A DNA stretch of 64,000 nucleotides. Origin: Escherichia phage EJP2. This document shows, piece by piece, positions 62,424-64,000 of this stretch. Where the stretch lies: sequence record OQ411014.1. The stretch is one strand, 5' to 3'. A program made the position numbers and the translations under genes. How positions within the stretch are numbered: position 1 is the first letter of the stretch; each line of letters opens with the position of its first letter. The notes beneath the pieces were generated by a model. It was given only the letters and a program-made list of their open reading frames with translations. It made no database searches and was not told the DNA's origin.

Positions 62424-62642
62424 ATGAATTTAAATAAAGTCGAAACGAAAACTATGGTTGAAGCTATTAAACACGGTTTCACATTTAGAAATGATTCACA
62501 TTTTATTAATTTTCAACAAGGCCATAGAACTATTAAAAAACTAACAGACAAAGGTTTATTAGTAGAAGTGAATGAAGGGAACGGCGTGGAATATCGCCCT
62601 ACCCATGACGGTATTACATTTATGAAATACAGTGTAAAATAA
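62424..62642 (+). CDS. hypothetical small protein
   Basis: 72-aa ORF. Confidence 0.6.
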   Translation: MNLNKVETKTMVEAIKHGFTFRNDSHFINFQQGHRTIKKLTDKGLLVEVNEGNGVEYRPTHDGITFMKYSVK

Positions 62643-62654
62643 TTCAAAAAGTAC

Positions 62655-62717
62655 TTGCACAGTACTGAGATTCAGGTATAATGTTTTACATAGAGCGGGG
62701 GAATGGTTCTCCCGCCT
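62655..62717 (+). promoter_or_regulatory. early-type promoter + leader hairpin
   Basis: TTGCAC-N16-TATAAT then agagcggggga-atgg-ttctcccgcc. Confidence 0.65.
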
Positions 62718-62735
62718 ACATTAAGGAATAGAATC

Positions 62736-62960
62736 ATGACTACATACGCAGCACTCGAATCAGTAGTATCAGACCTGGCATTTGAATCTAAGCCGTTTGA
62801 TGCGATCTATAGTACTGATTACCGTGATGCCGTCCTGAATAGTACGCAGGAAGAAAAAGATAAACTTATCGCAACATACCATGAAGCATGGAAGTACTAC
62901 CGCCAATGGGAAAAAGAAGAAAGTGAGTCTACCATCGACGGCCTGAATAATTTAATTTAA
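62736..62960 (+). CDS. hypothetical small protein
   Basis: track ORF from 62703; ATG at 62736 follows RBS aaggaa (74 aa). Confidence 0.55.
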   Translation: MTTYAALESVVSDLAFESKPFDAIYSTDYRDAVLNSTQEEKDKLIATYHEAWKYYRQWEKEESESTIDGLNNLI

Positions 62961-62980
62961 AAAGTTTTATTTCAGTACTA

Positions 62981-63009
62981 TTGACATAGCTTGATAGTAC
63001 TGACATAAT
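62981..63009 (+). promoter_or_regulatory. type-II promoter (TTGACA-N17-CATAAT)
   Basis: ttgacatagcttgatagtactgacataat. Confidence 0.6.
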
Positions 63010-63046
63010 AACTTTTATCAAGTACATACTATTAAGGAAACAAATC

Positions 63047-63460
63047 ATGACTTCTCAAGCTCAAAACGTCCTGGCCCAAAATATTCAAGCTGACAAAAAT
63101 CATGCCGCTATGGTTGTTGGTTATATTCAAGCTATGCAATTCAGTACTGTACACAATGAGAACGGCGATTACCTGGAAGATTATGAGCTATCTGATGAAG
63201 CACGTCAAGCGGCGGTGATTGCATGTTCTCGTTTCCTTGAGAAACACGGTAATGATCTGGAAGTAGTTCGCGGCATGTTTATTGACTATAGTTATGAGAA
63301 AGCAGGTAATGATCTGTTTCTTACCCGCGAAGGTCACGGAACTGGTTTTTGGGATCGTGATTTAGGTCACTACAGCGATGTATTCACGAAGTACTGCGAA
63401 AGTATTAATGTTTGTGATCCGTACCTGGGCGATGATAACTTGATCTATATGGGTGAGTAA
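63047..63460 (+). CDS. hypothetical protein
   Basis: 137 aa; RBS aaggaaa. Confidence 0.6.
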   Translation: MTSQAQNVLAQNIQADKNHAAMVVGYIQAMQFSTVHNENGDYLEDYELSDEARQAAVIACSRFLEKHGNDLEVVRGMFIDYSYEKAGNDLFLTREGHGTGFWDRDLGHYSDVFTKYCESINVCDPYLGDDNLIYMGE

Positions 63461-63721
63461 ATGGCTGTAGGATTTGCAAAGGACGGAGCGGAGCAATTAG
63501 AGATTCTGGCGGTCGTGGAGGCCGCTGTACAGCACGCAAGAAATCAGCTAGGGGATAGTACTACTGAATCACTTAAACACTGTCAGGACTGTTTTAAGCC
63601 TATTCCTGAACGTCGTAGAGAACTGGTTAAAGGTTGCAAATATTGTATTGACTGTCAAACGGAATATGATACTATATTTAAACGAGATCCGCGTAATTGC
63701 TGGCATAGGTCGATGAGATAG
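63461..63721 (+). CDS. TraR/DksA-family C4 zinc-finger protein
   Basis: 86 aa; HCQDCFKPIPERRRELVKGCKYCIDCQ matches the CxxC-x-PIPxxRR-x-CxxC pattern of TraR-like proteins; TAAATG coupling. Confidence 0.6.
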   Translation: MAVGFAKDGAEQLEILAVVEAAVQHARNQLGDSTTESLKHCQDCFKPIPERRRELVKGCKYCIDCQTEYDTIFKRDPRNCWHRSMR

Positions 63722-63743
63722 GGGATCACTCCCCTGTTTTATT
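63721..63743 (+). terminator. rho-independent terminator
   Basis: ggggatcactcccc followed by tgttttatt. Confidence 0.55.
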
Positions 63744-63808
63744 ATTTCAGTACTGTAACCTATAGATACATTTATGCACCCGGTGGGTTAGTTGTTGTCA
63801 TGGGATAT

Positions 63809-63837
63809 ATTATGCCAGTACTGGATAAGGTTGTCAA
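63809..63837 (-). promoter_or_regulatory. minus-strand type-II promoter inside repeated element
   Basis: reverse complement reads TTGACA-accttatccagtactgg-CATAAT. Confidence 0.55.
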
Positions 63838-63871
63838 CAATTATTTTGATGTAATTATTTTAAAAAAGTAC

Positions 63872-63933
63872 TTGCACAGTACTGAAAAAGGCGTATAATG
63901 TTTTACATCGAGAGGGGGAATACTTCTCCCTGG
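63872..63933 (+). promoter_or_regulatory. early-type promoter + leader hairpin
   Basis: TTGCAC-N16-TATAAT then gagaggggga-atac-ttctccct. Confidence 0.65.
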
Positions 63934-63951
63934 TACATTAAGGAATAAAAA

Positions 63952-64000
63952 ATGAAAGCATCAAAAAAACGTAATACCAAGAAATCATCTTCAACGTTCG
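63952..64000 (+). CDS. hypothetical basic protein, 3'-truncated by window edge
   Basis: ATG after RBS aaggaa; MKASKKRNTKKSSSTF... Confidence 0.4.
   Translation, partial: MKASKKRNTKKSSSTF

Noticed and set aside
53299-63933. CRISPR array (regularly spaced conserved hairpin-containing repeats)
   Set aside because: The repeats are ~65-bp promoter-leader modules spaced 250-450 bp apart with RBS-led ORFs between them, not 28-37-bp repeats with uniform 30-40-bp spacers.

Overview
AT-rich ~64-kb segment (roughly 35-40% GC by eye) that reads like part of a large virulent tailed-phage or phage-derived genome of a Gram-negative host: sigma70-type promoters (TTGACA/TTGCAC-N16-17-TATAAT), Shine-Dalgarno sites, hairpin+T-run terminators, tightly packed small ORFs. 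No rRNA, tRNA or CRISPR array found; no capsid, terminase or polymerase gene recognised. Four zones: (1) 1-19.6 kb, plus-strand block of ~45 small genes, many with signal peptides or membrane helices, plus a sigma-70 family factor and a kinase-like protein, punctuated by a recurring terminator-promoter cassette built on GGTTGACTTCGGTCAGCC. (2) 19.7-50.4 kb, the standout: 15 minus-strand paralogs (14 contiguous at 33.4-50.4 kb) encoding RCC1-/Kelch-like beta-propeller proteins that all begin with the same dodecapeptide MLPF[VA]R[MI]LxYGN and share a conserved terminator-promoter-leader module; they are bracketed by a plus-strand family of ~220-aa basic proteins and interrupted by a plus-strand island (20.9-33.3 kb) with a P-loop ATPase, a zinc-finger/DUF559-like nuclease and six tandem small membrane paralogs. 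(3) 51.2-53.3 kb, ~2.1 kb with no credible ORF, dense in direct repeats, palindromes and iteron-like motifs (candidate origin, packaging site or genome end). (4) 53.3-64 kb, ~28 tiny plus-strand genes, most with their own near-identical promoter followed by a conserved 5' leader hairpin, with three copies of a promoter-driven ~70-nt structured RNA-like element and antisense promoters. The palindrome CAGTACTG/AGTACT is strongly over-represented throughout. All coordinates for elements not in the ORF track were derived by hand and may be off by a few bases; no counts or searches were computed.
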